Shown: piece after piece, positions 13,622 through 25,554 of the stretch
How the letters are laid out: every line of letters starts with the position of its first letter
How positions within the stretch are numbered: position 1 is the stretch's first letter
Source of the DNA: Malacoraja senta
Lineage: Eukaryota
Length of the DNA: 64,000 nt
Assembly: GCA_038087875.1 (NCBI GenBank)
Contig: CM075979.1
Coordinates: forward strand, 17,236,001 to 17,300,000
Reading direction: 5' to 3'
The notes under the pieces: generated by a model
What the model was told of the DNA's origin: nothing
What the model saw: the letters and a program-made list of their open reading frames with translations, nothing else
The model's database searches: none
Program-made: the position numbers and the translations under genes

Positions 13622-14099
13622 TTTTCAAACTGTGAATGTTTTGTTGCATGATGTTTTCTAACATAATAAATTAAGTGGTGCTTTACATGGCCCGTGGTGT
13701 CTTTATTTGTATTTCTTATTTAGTTGTGAATCTGTGGAATTCTTTGCCACAGAAGGCTGTAGAGACCAAGTCAGGGATATTTTTAAGATAGATAGATTCT
13801 CAATTAGTACTGGTGTCAGAGGTTATGGGGAGAAGGCAGGAGAATGGGGTTAGGAGGGAGAGATAGATCAGCCATGGTGGAGTAGACTGGATGCGCCAAA
13901 TGGCCTAATTCTACTATTCCTTATGACTTTATGACTGGCAATAAATCATAGTCACAGAGCATGGAAACAGGCTCTTCGACCCAACACACATTCAATCAGG
14001 TTTTATCACTGAGCTAGTAGTCCCTTTTGCCTGTATTTGGCTTATATCTTGCACAGTTATAGCATGACATCCCAGCTCATGTACTCAACACCCTTACAT

Positions 14100-14850
14100 A
14101 GAAACATAGAAAATAGGTGCAGGAGTAGGCCATTCGGCCCTTCGAGCCTGCACCGCCATTTGATATGATCATGGCTGATCATCCAACTCAGTATCCCATC
14201 CCTGCCTTCTCTCCATACCCCCTGATCCCTTTAGCCACGAGGGCCACATCTAACTCCCTCTTAAATATAGCCAATGAACTGGCCTCAACTACCTTCTGTG
14301 GCAGAGAATTCCACAGATTCACCACTGTCTGTGTAAAAAATGATTTCCTCATCTTGGTCCTAAAGTCTTCCCTCTTATCCTTAAACTGTGACCCCTAGTT
14401 CTGGACTTCCCCAACATCGGGAATAATCTTCCTGCATTATTGTCCAACCCCTTAAGAATTTTGTAAGTTTCTATAAGATCCTCAGTCTTCTGAATTCCAA
14501 CGTGTACAAGCCGAGTCTATCCAGTCTTTCCTCATATGAAAGTCCTGCCATCCCAGGAATCAGTCTGATGAACCTTCTCTGTATTCCCTCTATGGCAAGA
14601 ATGTCTTTCCTCAGATTAGGAGACCAAAACTGTACGCAATACTCCAGGTGTGGTCTCACCAAGATCCTGTACAACTGCAGTAGAACCTCCCTGCTCTTAT
14701 ACTCAAATCCTTTTGCTATGAATGCTAACATACCATTTGCTTTCTTCACTGCCTGCTGCACCTGCATTCCTACTTTCAATGACTGGTGTACCATGACACC
14801 CAGGTCTCGTTGCATCTCCCCTTTTCCTAATCGGCCACCATTCAGATAAT
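14100..14850 (-). mobile_element. CR1 3' fragment
   Basis: ORF 14471-14815 (QRDLGVMVHQSLKV...RPHLEYCVQFWSPNLRKD). The CR1 tail appears as CATAGAAACATAGAAA at ~14097-14112. Confidence 0.9.
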
Positions 14851-15107
14851 ATTACGGATTAAGGGACACATTTCAAATACCTTCTGCACCACCTTGTCCG
14901 GTATTAACTCATGGACCTCCTGGTCATTATTGTACAGTAAATATAATATTGATAGATATTTTCTCTTTATTGTTAAAATTTGATGAAATCCACTGCAATA
15001 GCACGCACCTCCTTTAGTTTTCCACCTGCATGCTGCTGCCATCTTCTGGACTGATTTATTATCACAGTATTTTGTTGTTGTTTGTTTCCCAAGTCTTCTT
15101 TGCCTAA

Positions 15108-15357
15108 AGGGCCTGTTCCACTTGGGCGTCATTTGCGCGTCATTTACGCGACATCATTTACGCATCACGACGCACGTGTCGTGGCGCACACGTGATGTGC
15201 GCATGGCGTGGATTACGCGCGCATGGCGTGCAATACGCACGCATGGTGCGTGGTGACGTAGGCAGTGACGCCGCGGCGCCCCAGCATTTTGGGATTCACA
15301 AAATCTTCGCGCGCCACCTGCATGACGCGCAAATGACGCCCAAGTGGGGGAGGCCCT
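15108..15357. mobile_element. PIF/Harbinger-type MITE, 250 bp
   Basis: TIRs AGGGCCTGTTCCACTTGGGCGTCATTTGCGCGTCAT and ATGACGCGCAAATGACGCCCAAGTGG...AGGCCCT, with TAA on both sides (15105-15107, 15358-15360). The CpG-rich interior suggests a recent insertion. It interrupts an older CR1 fragment. Confidence 0.85.
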
Positions 15358-16948
15358 TAATGCCTCTACAATCTCAATAGATACCTCTTTCAGAGCCCTG
15401 AGGTGCAGTCCATTTGGTCCAGGTGACATAGTCACCTTCAGACCGTTCAGCTTCCCAGGCATCTGCTCCTCAGTAATAGTAACTGCACTCACTTCTGCCC
15501 CCTGACTTCGCTTGAATTTCTGGCACATTACTGGTGTCTTTAACTGTGGAGTGACGCAAAATACCTATTCAACCTCTCTATTACTCTTTATATATCTGAA
15601 AAAACCTTGATGGGAGTGCTCAACGCAGGAGAGAAATGAAGGAATGAGATGAATCAAGCAGCAGGGTGCAGGACAGCATGGTTGGAGGGTGGAGGGCATA
15701 TGGTTGGAGCGTGAACACAAAATGCTGGAGTAACTCAGCGGGACAGGCAGCATCTCTGGAGAGAAGGAATCGCTTACCTTTTTTGGTCGAGACCCTTCAG
15801 ACATGGTTGGAGGGAGGGGGACTGATTCCACAAAAAAGAGCTCAGATAAGTCGATGCCATCTCAATTAATAATTTTAAATCAATCAATATATTTTTTACA
15901 CATCAAATATATGAAAGGATTTGGAGTTCAGGGTAGTAGGTGGACCTAAGATACAGGTTTGGATATATCATTGAAAGATGCAAAATAAAAGGATGGCTGA
16001 AATATGTATTATTTTTGCTGTTTCCAGATGCAGTGGCCCCTATCTTCCTGAACCTAACTACATTTGTTTGGATTGTACGCACTCTGTGTATTTTCAGCTT
16101 CAATGTACCCAATAACCATCAATGGTTGCTCTGACAGTTATCATGTCAAATGGAGAAACTCTATCCAGGAAAAAATAATTATAGACAAAAAAATAATTTG
16201 AAAGTGTATGTGGAAAATGAACTTTACGATCACAATATGGTAAAAACGATATAAATGGTGCATAAGGCTTTATTGCATTCATACTGGACGCTCTTTGGTC
16301 CTGGCAGGTTGTCATTCCATTATCTGTATTGTTTTTGTTATTGGTATTGGTTGTTTCTGTCACGTGTACCAAGTAACATTGAAAAGCTTTATTTCATATG
16401 CTATCCAGGCAAATCATGACATACGTGATTACAATCAAACCACTCACAAGTGAAAAAGGTACTGCAAAGAGAAAATTGAACAGTGTGCAGAATATAGTGT
16501 TGAGGTTACAGAGAACAGAAAGTACAAGGGATCTGACTTATTAGATTGGGGGATCAGGGCTTTATCCCCTGTTTATGAGAGGTCCTTTCAAGAATACAAT
16601 AGAGCAGGGAAAATACTGTGTAAGAAGGAACTGCAGATGCTGGTTTAAACCAAAGATAGACACAAAATGCTGGAGTAACTCAGCGGGACAGGCTGTATCT
16701 CTGGAGAGAAGGAATGGGTGGCGTTTCGGGTTGAGGCCCTTCTTCGGACTGGTTGGGGATGAGGGGAACGAGAGATATGGGCTGTGATGTGGAGAGATAA
16801 AGAAAAATGAATGAAAGATATGCAAAAAAAGTGTGCTTGCATCTGGTGCTTTCAATCTTTTGTATCTTCTGGCCCGATGGGAGAGGGGAGAAGAGAAAAT
16901 GAATGGGATGTGAGTGGTGGTTGAATAGGTTGGATGTTTTCATGAAGT

Positions 16949-17997
16949 ACTAGGCTAAGTGGGGAGGTGGTGTGTGGGGAGGGGGGTGTGGGGGAGGGGG
17001 GGGTTGGGGGATGTGGGGGATAGGGGGGTGTGGGGAGGTGGGGTGGGGGAGGGGTTGTGTGGGGGAGGAGGTGTGTGGGGGAGGGGGAGTTGTGTGTGGG
17101 AGGGGTGTGTGGTGGAGGGGGATGTGGGGAGGGGTGGTGTGGGGAAGGGGTGCTGTGGGGGTGTGGTGTGGGGAGGGGGGGTGTTGTGTGGGAGGGGGTG
17201 TTGTGGGGGAGAGGGTGGTGGTGTGGGGGAGGGGTGTGGGAGAGGGTGTGTGGGGGAGGGGGTGTGTGGGGAGGCGGGTGTGGGGGAGGGGTGTGTGGGG
17301 GAGGGGGGTGTGGGAGGGGGGTGTGAGAGAGGGGGTGTGGGGGAGGGGGGTGGGGGAGGGGACGTGTTGGGGGGAGGGGATGTGTGGGGGTGAGGGGATG
17401 TGTGGGGGGGAGGGTGTGTGGGGGAGGGTGTGGGGAAGGGGGTGGGGGAGGGGTGGGGGGGGGGGTGGGGGGTGGGGACGCGTGGAGGGACGTTGGGGGG
17501 AGTTGGTGGGGGAAGGGGGTGTGGAGGAGGGTGGGTGTGGGGGAGGGGGTGTGGGGGAGGGGGTGGTGTGTGGGGGAGGGGAGGGATTCCACTCAGCGGC
17601 CACTGGCCGCTGCACCATACAGCACCTCCCGGCTTCTCTCAGCGGCTTCCCCGACTCCACTCTTGTGGACTCAATCAGTATGGCTTGTGGACTCAGCCCC
17701 GCCTCCGGAACTTATTCTCCTTGCCCCGGTGATTGACAGCGGGTGCCGGAAGGGGCATTACCTTCATGGTGAATGGCAGGCGAGAAGACCAATCTGCTGA
17801 TCTCACGATTTTTTTAAGCCTTCATAACTTTTGTAATATTCCACCGATCGGAACAAAACTTAGTGCGCTTGGAGCAGAGGAGAACGGTGAGTAAGGTGGC
17901 AAAAAAATCCTAGCGATATAGGGTACAGTTTTTGTGCAAATTTAAAAAAAGGCAAACCAGAAGAGGACAAGGTGAGAGTTTTAGTAATAGTATTGAT
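16949..17997 (+). mobile_element. Non-autonomous Helitron-like element with a G-rich internal expansion
   Basis: Starts ACTAGGCTAAGTGG and ends GAGTTTTAGTAATAG. It shares the subterminal block GGTGAGTAAGGTGG...GTTTT with the element at 30345-31358. The family assignment is inference from the termini. Confidence 0.5.
16960..17585 (+). repeat. About 625-bp G-rich degenerate microsatellite (GGGGAGGGGTGTGT-like)
   Basis: Dense runs of G3-G9 separated by TGT or A. It explains the Pro/His-rich and Gly-rich ORFs called here. Confidence 0.95.
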
Positions 17998-17999
17998 AG

Positions 18000-18375
18000 G
18001 TGGAGTCAATAATGGGGGGGGGGAGTGCTGGTTTGTGTAATGGACTGCGCTACTTCCAGAACTTCCTGCAATTTCTTATGGATCTGGGCACAGCTGTTGT
18101 CATACCAAGCTCTGATGCATTCAGAGAAGTCGCATCTTTGTGGTTGGACCAGGACAAGGTGCTGACGATATTTACACCTTGCAACGTAAATTCCCTGACC
18201 GTCTCCACCCCATCGCTATTCATGCAGACATTGGCATGTTCTTCACCAGCTCCGTTACTGACATGGAGGGAGAGGTTGTTATCTTGACACCATACGACGA
18301 GGATCTCTATCTCTTTCCTGTACTGTGCCCCATCATTGTGTAAGATGTGGTTGTGTGGAAATGTTCCACTCACAT
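18000..18375 (-). mobile_element. Rex/Babar LINE RT fragment
   Basis: ORF 18050-18373 (YRKEIEILVVWCQDNNLSL...VETVREFTLQGVNI) parallels the C-terminal RT region at 37.6-37.9 kb. Confidence 0.75.
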
Positions 18376-19585
18376 TGCCATCAAATTTTAGGCCTGCATG
18401 TACAAAAGGTTCTGCAGTTCCATATATAATTTGAATGCTGAAAAAATAAATAGATACTAAAAAATATAAAAGGTTGGAAATTATGGCTTATCATTTTGGT
18501 GACCGAGTGCTGAAGATATTCTTATAACATTAGGTAGAAACAAAGAACTGCCGGTGTTGGTTTAACAAGGACAAGCACAACATGCTGGAGTACCTCAGTG
18601 GATCAGGCAGCATCGTTAGAGAACATGGATGGGTCCCGAAACATCACCTATCCATGTTCTCCAGGGATGCTGCCTGACCCGCTGAGTTACTACAACATTT
18701 TGTGCCATTCTCATAAAATTCTTCTCTGTGCGACTTTAGCAGAGGTATTAGCCTGCATAAAATAAAGTGTTAAAATAATATCATCACCAGCAATAATTTT
18801 CAGCCATCACTGTTGGAAAATAGTTTGCACATCTATAAAAATCGCTGGCCAAACTCTACCTTCAGAGATAAAGGAAATGCTTCTCTATATATTGCACAGA
18901 AGGTATAATTTGCTATTCTGCACTTAAGTACATCTTTAAATCAAAGTAGACTTGGATTTGGCCTCATGGAAATATGCTGATAAAGTAAGCAGAGGGAAAG
19001 TATCTAATGAAAAATAATAAAATTACAGGTAATCTGTATAGGAAATTCAGAAGAAACCATTGAGTGGAAATCACTGCCAAATTAATTGAATGTCTACACT
19101 GAGAGAAATTAAACAAACATTCAAGGAAGAAAAGAATAAAGGGATAAATGGATAGGTGAGGAAAGATGGGAGGAAGGTCAAGTATATTGCTTATTTCTGC
19201 ACTGTACCCTTTATGTAGGTCAATGTAATAGAGATAAACAACTGGTTGTCTATAAAACACAAGAAAACAAGTGGTAGGTAGATGTAGATCATAGATTTTG
19301 AAGTGCATTGACTTCAGAGTATTTACAAAGTGATTTGCAACATAATACATTGCAATTCAACATCTATATATTATGAGCTTAATGTATATATATATATATT
19401 TTTTAAATATAACATTCATTGTAAGGGTTTGATCTGTAATAGGAATGTGATTACATTGCCCAGTAATGATGATTACTGAAAGCCTAGTTTCTGAAGAGTG
19501 CACGAGTGCATTCTAGCGTAGTCTCTTATTTTCCATTGGGGTCATATTTTTAATCAGGTTGTAATTGATGAGTAAACGAGGATAT

Positions 19586-19670
19586 TTATCTCCAGCCATA
19601 TGCATTCCTTCCAAACTTGTACATTAACCTTCTATGCACCCGTTCCAGAATTCCAGTTTTGTAATAATGT
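19586..19670 (-). CDS. ELF5: ELF5 last coding exon (end of ETS domain, [27 protein letters not shown])
   Basis: Acceptor TGTTTTTCAG| and phase 2 joins AG|A = Arg. [13 protein letters not shown] without the extra Gly is ELF5-like rather than ELF3/EHF-like (YYKREILERVDGRRL). Confidence 0.93.
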
Positions 19671-20465
19671 CTGAAAAACAAAATAAAATGAAGTGATCTG
19701 TCAACAATTATTTCCCTCTGTAAAATGTGACAATCAGGTATTATTGGCAATAATAAACTACCAGTATTCAGGATTGGTCCATGAGTGATTCTATAATTGC
19801 AAAAGATTTGCAGCATGCTATCTCTTAACATATATAAACCGGATTTCCATAACCTTTCTTGCACTGTTACTTTCATTTATGCTCTGGAACTTGCACCTTC
19901 CCAATAGAACAAACCTTTAGCCTCTGCCCATCACTAACTCATAGAGTCATTGAGTCTTACAGTGTGGAAACAGGCCCTTTAGCCCAACTAACCCACACTG
20001 GCCAACATGTCCCATCTACACTAGTCCCATCTGCCTGCATTTGGCTCATGTCCTTCTAAACTTCTCCTATCCATGAACCTGTCTAAATGTTTCTTAAGCA
20101 TTCCAATAGTACCTGCCTCATTGACCTCCACCGGCAGCTCATTCCATACACCCACCATTCTTTGGGTGAAAATGTTACTCCTCGGGTTCCTATTAAATCT
20201 TCCTCCCGTCACCTTAAACCTATGTCCTCTGGTTTTCAATACTACCCTAGATATTTCAGATATTTCTCCCAGCAGTGATGAAGGAGCGACAATGTATTTC
20301 TATGTCAGGTTTGTTTGTATCTTGGAAGGAAACCAGCTGTTGAACCCTCTAGTGCCCTTGTCCATTGGTGGAAGAGACCCAGATTGGGGTGATCCAGACT
20401 AGTAACTGCAGTGCATTTTGTAAACATCTCATACTGCAGCCACAGTATTGTAGAGATTTAATGGT

Positions 20466-20754
20466 AAGGGTGGCACAGGCCCTTCGGCCCACCGATACTG
20501 CACCGACCAGCGATCCCCGTACACTAGTGCTATCCTACACACTGGAGACAATTTAGAATTTTACTGAGGCCAATTAACCTACAAACCTGTACATCTTTGG
20601 AATGTGTTAGGAAACTGCAGCACCTGGAGAAAACTCATGAGGTCACAGGGAGAACATACAATCTCCGTACAGACAACACTCATAGTCAGGATCGAACCCG
20701 GGACTCTGGTGCCATAAGGCCGCAACTCTACCGCTGCGCCACCATGCCGCCCCT
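20466..20754 (-). mobile_element. Near-complete tRNA-derived V-SINE (HE1-like)
   Basis: A-box TGGCGCAGCGG, B-box GGTTCGATCC, a central V-domain-like block and a CR1-like GGGCCGAAGGGCC tail. Further partial copies lie at ~12.73-12.89, 21.36-21.54, 21.75-21.88, 29.82-29.97, 39.49-39.66 and 61.82-61.91 kb. Confidence 0.85.
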
Positions 20755-20993
20755 AAACATACTTCATTTAACATACTTAATTTCAGATGTTAATACAATT
20801 ACAGTTTTTTCTGGGATATGTTTCTTGTAATGTAAACTGAACAGTGCCTTGAAAAATCCTTCCCTATTATAACTAGATTGTACATAATTAAAAGTGCCTA
20901 ATTGTGAAATAAAAATAATTCCAATTTACCAAATCACATTTTTGTTTGGAAGTTCAGCCTGATACACAGATTGTAAAAGTTGCACAATGTTAC

Positions 20994-21189
20994 CTCAATG
21001 CTCTGCTTAGTTTCTCGTAGGTCATGTGCTCATTATTTTTCCTTTGTCCCCAGAGCTTAGCCAGAGAATCGGACTTCACAACTTTGAATATTCCTTCTCC
21101 TCTGTCTTCCCATTCCAAAATGCCGCTGTTTTTCTCAGGAGAGTGGAGAAGATTGCGAATAAATTCCCAAAGGTACTCTCTTTGCAAAC
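20994..21189 (-). CDS. ELF5: ELF5 ETS-domain exon, 196 nt ([14 protein letters not shown]...[11 protein letters not shown])
   Basis: Acceptor TTTTGCTTTCTCCTGAAG| and donor TGAG|GTAACA. It carries the ETS motifs [24 protein letters not shown] and [11 protein letters not shown]. Confidence 0.95.
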
Positions 21190-22010
21190 CTTCAGGAGAA
21201 AGCAAAAATCTCACTTACTCATATATCTGAAGAAGGGTCTCAACCCGAAACGTAACCCATTCCTTCGCTCCAGAGATGCTGCCGGACCTGCTGAGTTACA
21301 CCAGTATTTTGTGTCAACCTCATATATCTTATGTTCTGCATGTTACAAAAAAAAAATCTTCCCACTCCAGTTACCTCCCACACTCTAAAGTCGTATGGGT
21401 TTGGAAGTTAATTGGCTTTGGTAAAATTGTAAATTATCTGTAGTGTGTGTAGAATAGTGCTAGTGTCCGGGGATCGCTGGTCGGCGCGGACTCAGTGGCC
21501 GAAAAGGGCCTGATTCCACTGGATCTCTCAACTAAACTGAAGATTAATTGGCCAAATAATACTAATTGAGAGCCACCGCCTACAGCACCGCTCCTGGAGC
21601 CCCCTCCTCCACACACAGTGTACTGGGCTCCATCAGCATGATCTAGGCAGCAGCATGGCCTCCAGTGCTGCACTTAGGGAACCATATTAATGTATTGCCT
21701 TATATGGCAATATATGTGCAGCCATATTAACGTATTCCCATGCACATCATTGTGATACGGGGGGAAACCAGAGCATCCAGTTGAAACCCACAAGCTGAAC
21801 ATGCAAAGTCCACACAGACAGCAGCAGAGTCGGGACTGAACTTGATTGCTGGATCTGTGAAGGAGAAGCTCGACTAGCTACCTCCCTAAGAATTTGAAAC
21901 TGAGCATCAGCTTGGCACACTACATGGAAGTTTCCTGCGAAGAAGTTACCCAGCCTGCATTCAACATCTCCAGTGTCGAGGAGGCCATATTGTGTGCATC
22001 TGGGAACGTT

Positions 22011-22421
22011 TGTATTCCTGATCCGCAAGAAGGGATTGTAAATAGCTCGTTCTATGCTCCCCCCAGTCTAGTTTCAATCAATAAAATACTGAATCAAGCA
22101 CTTGAGCAACTAAACTTTATTTTGGATAACACAACAACAGTTCCCTATACAATATCTAACCACCGCGGGTTCGATCCTTGTATCTGCTTGGCCAAGCCCT
22201 TCCAGCCTCGTGCAAGCAGAGACACTCCAAAAGGTCGCACAGTCCCAAGCATTCTTCCAGAAGATTGAAATCGGACCTCGTGGGAGCTACCTTTTATAGG
22301 TTCCCGAACCTTGAGGGGCCGAACCACATGGGGGTGGTCTCTTTATAAACCAATCAAACATATTGATAATAACAGTACATAATTGACAGTTCCCTAACCC
22401 AATAATACAATCTGGAATACA
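22011..22421 (-). mobile_element. Candidate solo LTR, 411 bp
   Basis: Terminal inverted TGTATTCCTGAT / ATCTGGAATACA (TG...CA). Minus-strand TATAAAA at 22298-22292 and AATAAA at 22121-22116. No clean TSD was found. Confidence 0.5.
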
Positions 22422-23145
22422 TTGTATTTGAAAGAAGCTTCTAGAAGGAAGCCAACACAGATGAATAGTGCAACGTGTGCCCAGGGATTCAAACAGTTCC
22501 TCCAAGGCTCAACATTTCAACCAATCAACAATTTACAGGGCACTCGTTTTGCAACATTATTTATACTATTTGCAATGCCTTTGCAGCAATCCAATCGGAA
22601 TGATGCATTTAAGGTTCATTTGCAAAACTACTTTACATTTTATCAAGTTAGGAGAAACAAGGAGAACACCTGGATCCTTCACCATCCTGCATATCAGTCT
22701 GAGCCTTGGCTGGCTGGCGCCATCCAAAGCCTGTAAATTTCAGCTGTCAAGGGTTAAGCAATTCTGACAAGTGCAGGGATCCTCCATTTTATGGTGTCTT
22801 TAATTTGGTCAGTATTAACAGAATGAGTTTGAAGAGCCATGCTCTTCCTTAGTAGCCCTTAGTAGCAAAATGGAGATGCTAATGGAAAGGGAATGGATGG
22901 TAAATAAGGAAGAGCAAACCAGGGAGTCACAGAAGGATTGGCCCCTTCAAAATTCTTAAAGGGGAGATGGAGAGAAATCTGTCTGATGGTGGAATGTTCT
23001 TAAAGGTGGCAGAAGTTATAGAGATGAATACATGGCAATATACTGTTCAAGAATATTAAAATTATAAACTACAAGTCCTTGTCATTTAGTTCCTGCACTC
23101 AACCCGAGTCAGAGGTTCCTAGCCAAGCAACACAGTTAACATTAC

Positions 23146-24087
23146 GTTTTAAAGAAGGAACTGCAGATGCTGGAAAATAGAAGGTACACAAAAATGCTGG
23201 AGAAACTCAGCGGGTGCAGCAGCATCTATGGAGCGAAGGAAATAGGCAACGTTTCGGGCCGAAACCCTTCTTCAGACTGATAGGGGGTGGGGAGAAGAAA
23301 GGAAAAAAGGAAAAAAGGCGGAGGAGGAGCCCGAGGGCTGGGGGATGGGAGGAGACAACCAGAGGGCTGATGAAGGGGAGGGGACAGCAAGGGCTAGCAG
23401 AGTTGGGAGATTTCAATGTTCATGCCCCCAGGATGTAGACTGCCCAAGCGGAATATGAGGTGCATTTCCTCCAATTTCCGGTGTTGCTCGCTGTGGCCAT
23501 GGAGGAGACCCAGGACAGAGAGGTCAGATACGGAATGGGAGGGGGAGTTGAAGTGCTGAGCCACCGGGAGGTCAGGTGAGCCACCGGGAGAGCATCCGCT
23601 GCTCTAGATGTCAGCTGATCTACATCGGTGAGACCAAGCGGAGGCTTGGCGATCGTTTCGCCGAACACCTCCGGTCGGTCCGCAATAACCTACCTGACCT
23701 CCCGGTGGCTCAGCACTTCAACTCCCCCTCCCATTCCGTATCTGACCTCTCTGTCCTGGGTCTCCTCCATGGCCACAGCGAGCAACACTGGAAATTGGAG
23801 GAAATGCACCTCATATTCCGCTTGGGCAGTCTACATCCTGGGGGCATGAACATTGAATTCTCCCAACTCTGCTAGCCCTTGCTGTCCCCTCCCCTTCATC
23901 AGCCCTCTGGTTGTCTCCTCCCATCCCCCAGCCCTCGGGCTCCTCCTCCGCCTTTTTTCCTTTTTTCCTTTCTTCTCCCCACCCCCTATCAATCTGAAGA
24001 AGGGTTTCGGCCCGAAACGTTGCCTATTTCCTTCGCTCCATAGATGCTGCTGCACCCGCTGAGTTTCTCCAGCATTTTTGTGTACCT
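23146..24087 (+). mobile_element. Penelope-like retroelement 3' end (GIY-YIG) with an inverted pLTR copy and a 14-bp TSD
   Basis: ORF 23576-23875 (CSRCQLIYIGETKRRLGDRFAEHLRSV...HFN) is a GIY-YIG endonuclease. Arms at ~23182-23577 and ~23692-24087 are near-perfect inverted repeats. The TSD ACAGTTAACATTAC is at 23132-23145 and 24088-24101. Confidence 0.92.
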
Positions 24088-25554
24088 ACAGTTAACATTA
24101 CAATTGCTCCGTACTTAATATTCTACAGATTTCTGCTGCAAAATTCTCAATGGCATTTGTCAATCCAACATGCTCTTTTCAAGCAGGAGGTGATGCATAA
24201 TTCATGTATGAAATGGAACTCTGCCACTTTGTGAGCATGTTAGGGAAGGGTGCTTTTTCACATTGTTGTACAAGATAATGTGATCCAAAGGCATGAATTA
24301 GCTTTCGTATAAATTAAACATACACGGATATCACCGATAATAATAATTACACGCGCATGTAAGATTACGTTCAGGATAATATAAATGACTAAAGGTCACG
24401 TTGCAATTCTCTGCCTGGAGAACATCACTAGAGAGCCCCTTTTCTATTACTAGTTTTATTTTAACTTTCCTCCCTTTCACCACAATAATATCTCATCATG
24501 TTATTCAATTAATGAGAGTATAATAATGAGAAGGCCTCCCACACATCTTGACAAAACTTTATTTTGCGTAAGTAGTCAGCCAAATCATTCACCTGAGCTC
24601 AATTATGGAAGGCCAAGACTGTTCCATTGATGGCTTTTCATCGGCGTTCAAGAAATGTACCTTCAGCAATTAATCCGTAGGAGGACAGACGAGATATCAA
24701 TGAAACTTTGATAAGGAAAGCTTAAGGACAAATCTTTATCAATTAAATGTTTCTACCAGGTATTGAAAATGGACTTATCCAGACTGTGAATAGAAACTCA
24801 CTCAGGAGGCAAAAGTTAATTAAGAATTAACCATTTCCATGTGCCAGTAAAGTGCCAGCATGAAAATGTATCAAGAATAAATATGGGGCTGTTCAGCAAT
24901 GAATGTATCAGTGTATCAGTTGCATACTTCCTCCTCACTGCCTCTTCATGCATTTCCCCCTCCAATACCTACAGCCATTTCTCTATTGGCAGTCACCACA
25001 TTGTAAACAGCATTCCTGCACTTATTGCTCCTCCAGGTCTTTTAAATATCATGACTCATCCTGTTCGGCAGACATTTCAATGAATGCTGCCCCTCTGGAA
25101 TTGTGCCATCCATAATTTAATTTTAAATGACAACTTTGTCTTCTGTTCTCTCTGACAACACGTATATGTCACCACATTCTTTGCGTGGTTATGCATGAAG
25201 CCTTCATATTTTATAGCTACCATATTGCATGCATCCTCCGTTTGCAGAACAGGCTTAAATATATTTTAAATAAGATGAAATGGTCACAGATATAATCTAT
25301 TAATATATAGTAGAGTGGGTACAGAATCCAGTTCTGTAGCACTGGCTGTTTGAGATCAGAGGGTGCCAAATTAATTCTAATTTGCACCACTCTGCAGGCT
25401 GAGCCAGCCATCATGTTAGGAAATGTGTTAGCGTGTGCAATGCTAACACCTGCTGGAAGAACACAGACTAGTCAGGCCATATCAACAATCAGTCGGCAAT
25501 GTCACTTTCGTGCCAGTACTGCCAAACTGCCGCTTGATGCTCATGCTAATGAGA

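Noticed and set aside
16852-17800. Pro/His-rich and Gly-rich ORFs of up to 254 aa
   Set aside because: They are translations of a G-rich microsatellite that lacks stop codons.
21694-21711. Perfect CArG box CCTTATATGG inside the palindrome ATTGCC...GGCAAT
   Set aside because: A single short motif between SINE fragments, with no other support.
24330-24710. Several small exon-like segments on the minus strand (42-68 nt) with plausible splice sites
   Set aside because: Their phases conflict or need weak acceptors, they show no similarity to ELF5, and the gene model is in frame without them. RNA-seq could rescue one as an alternative exon.
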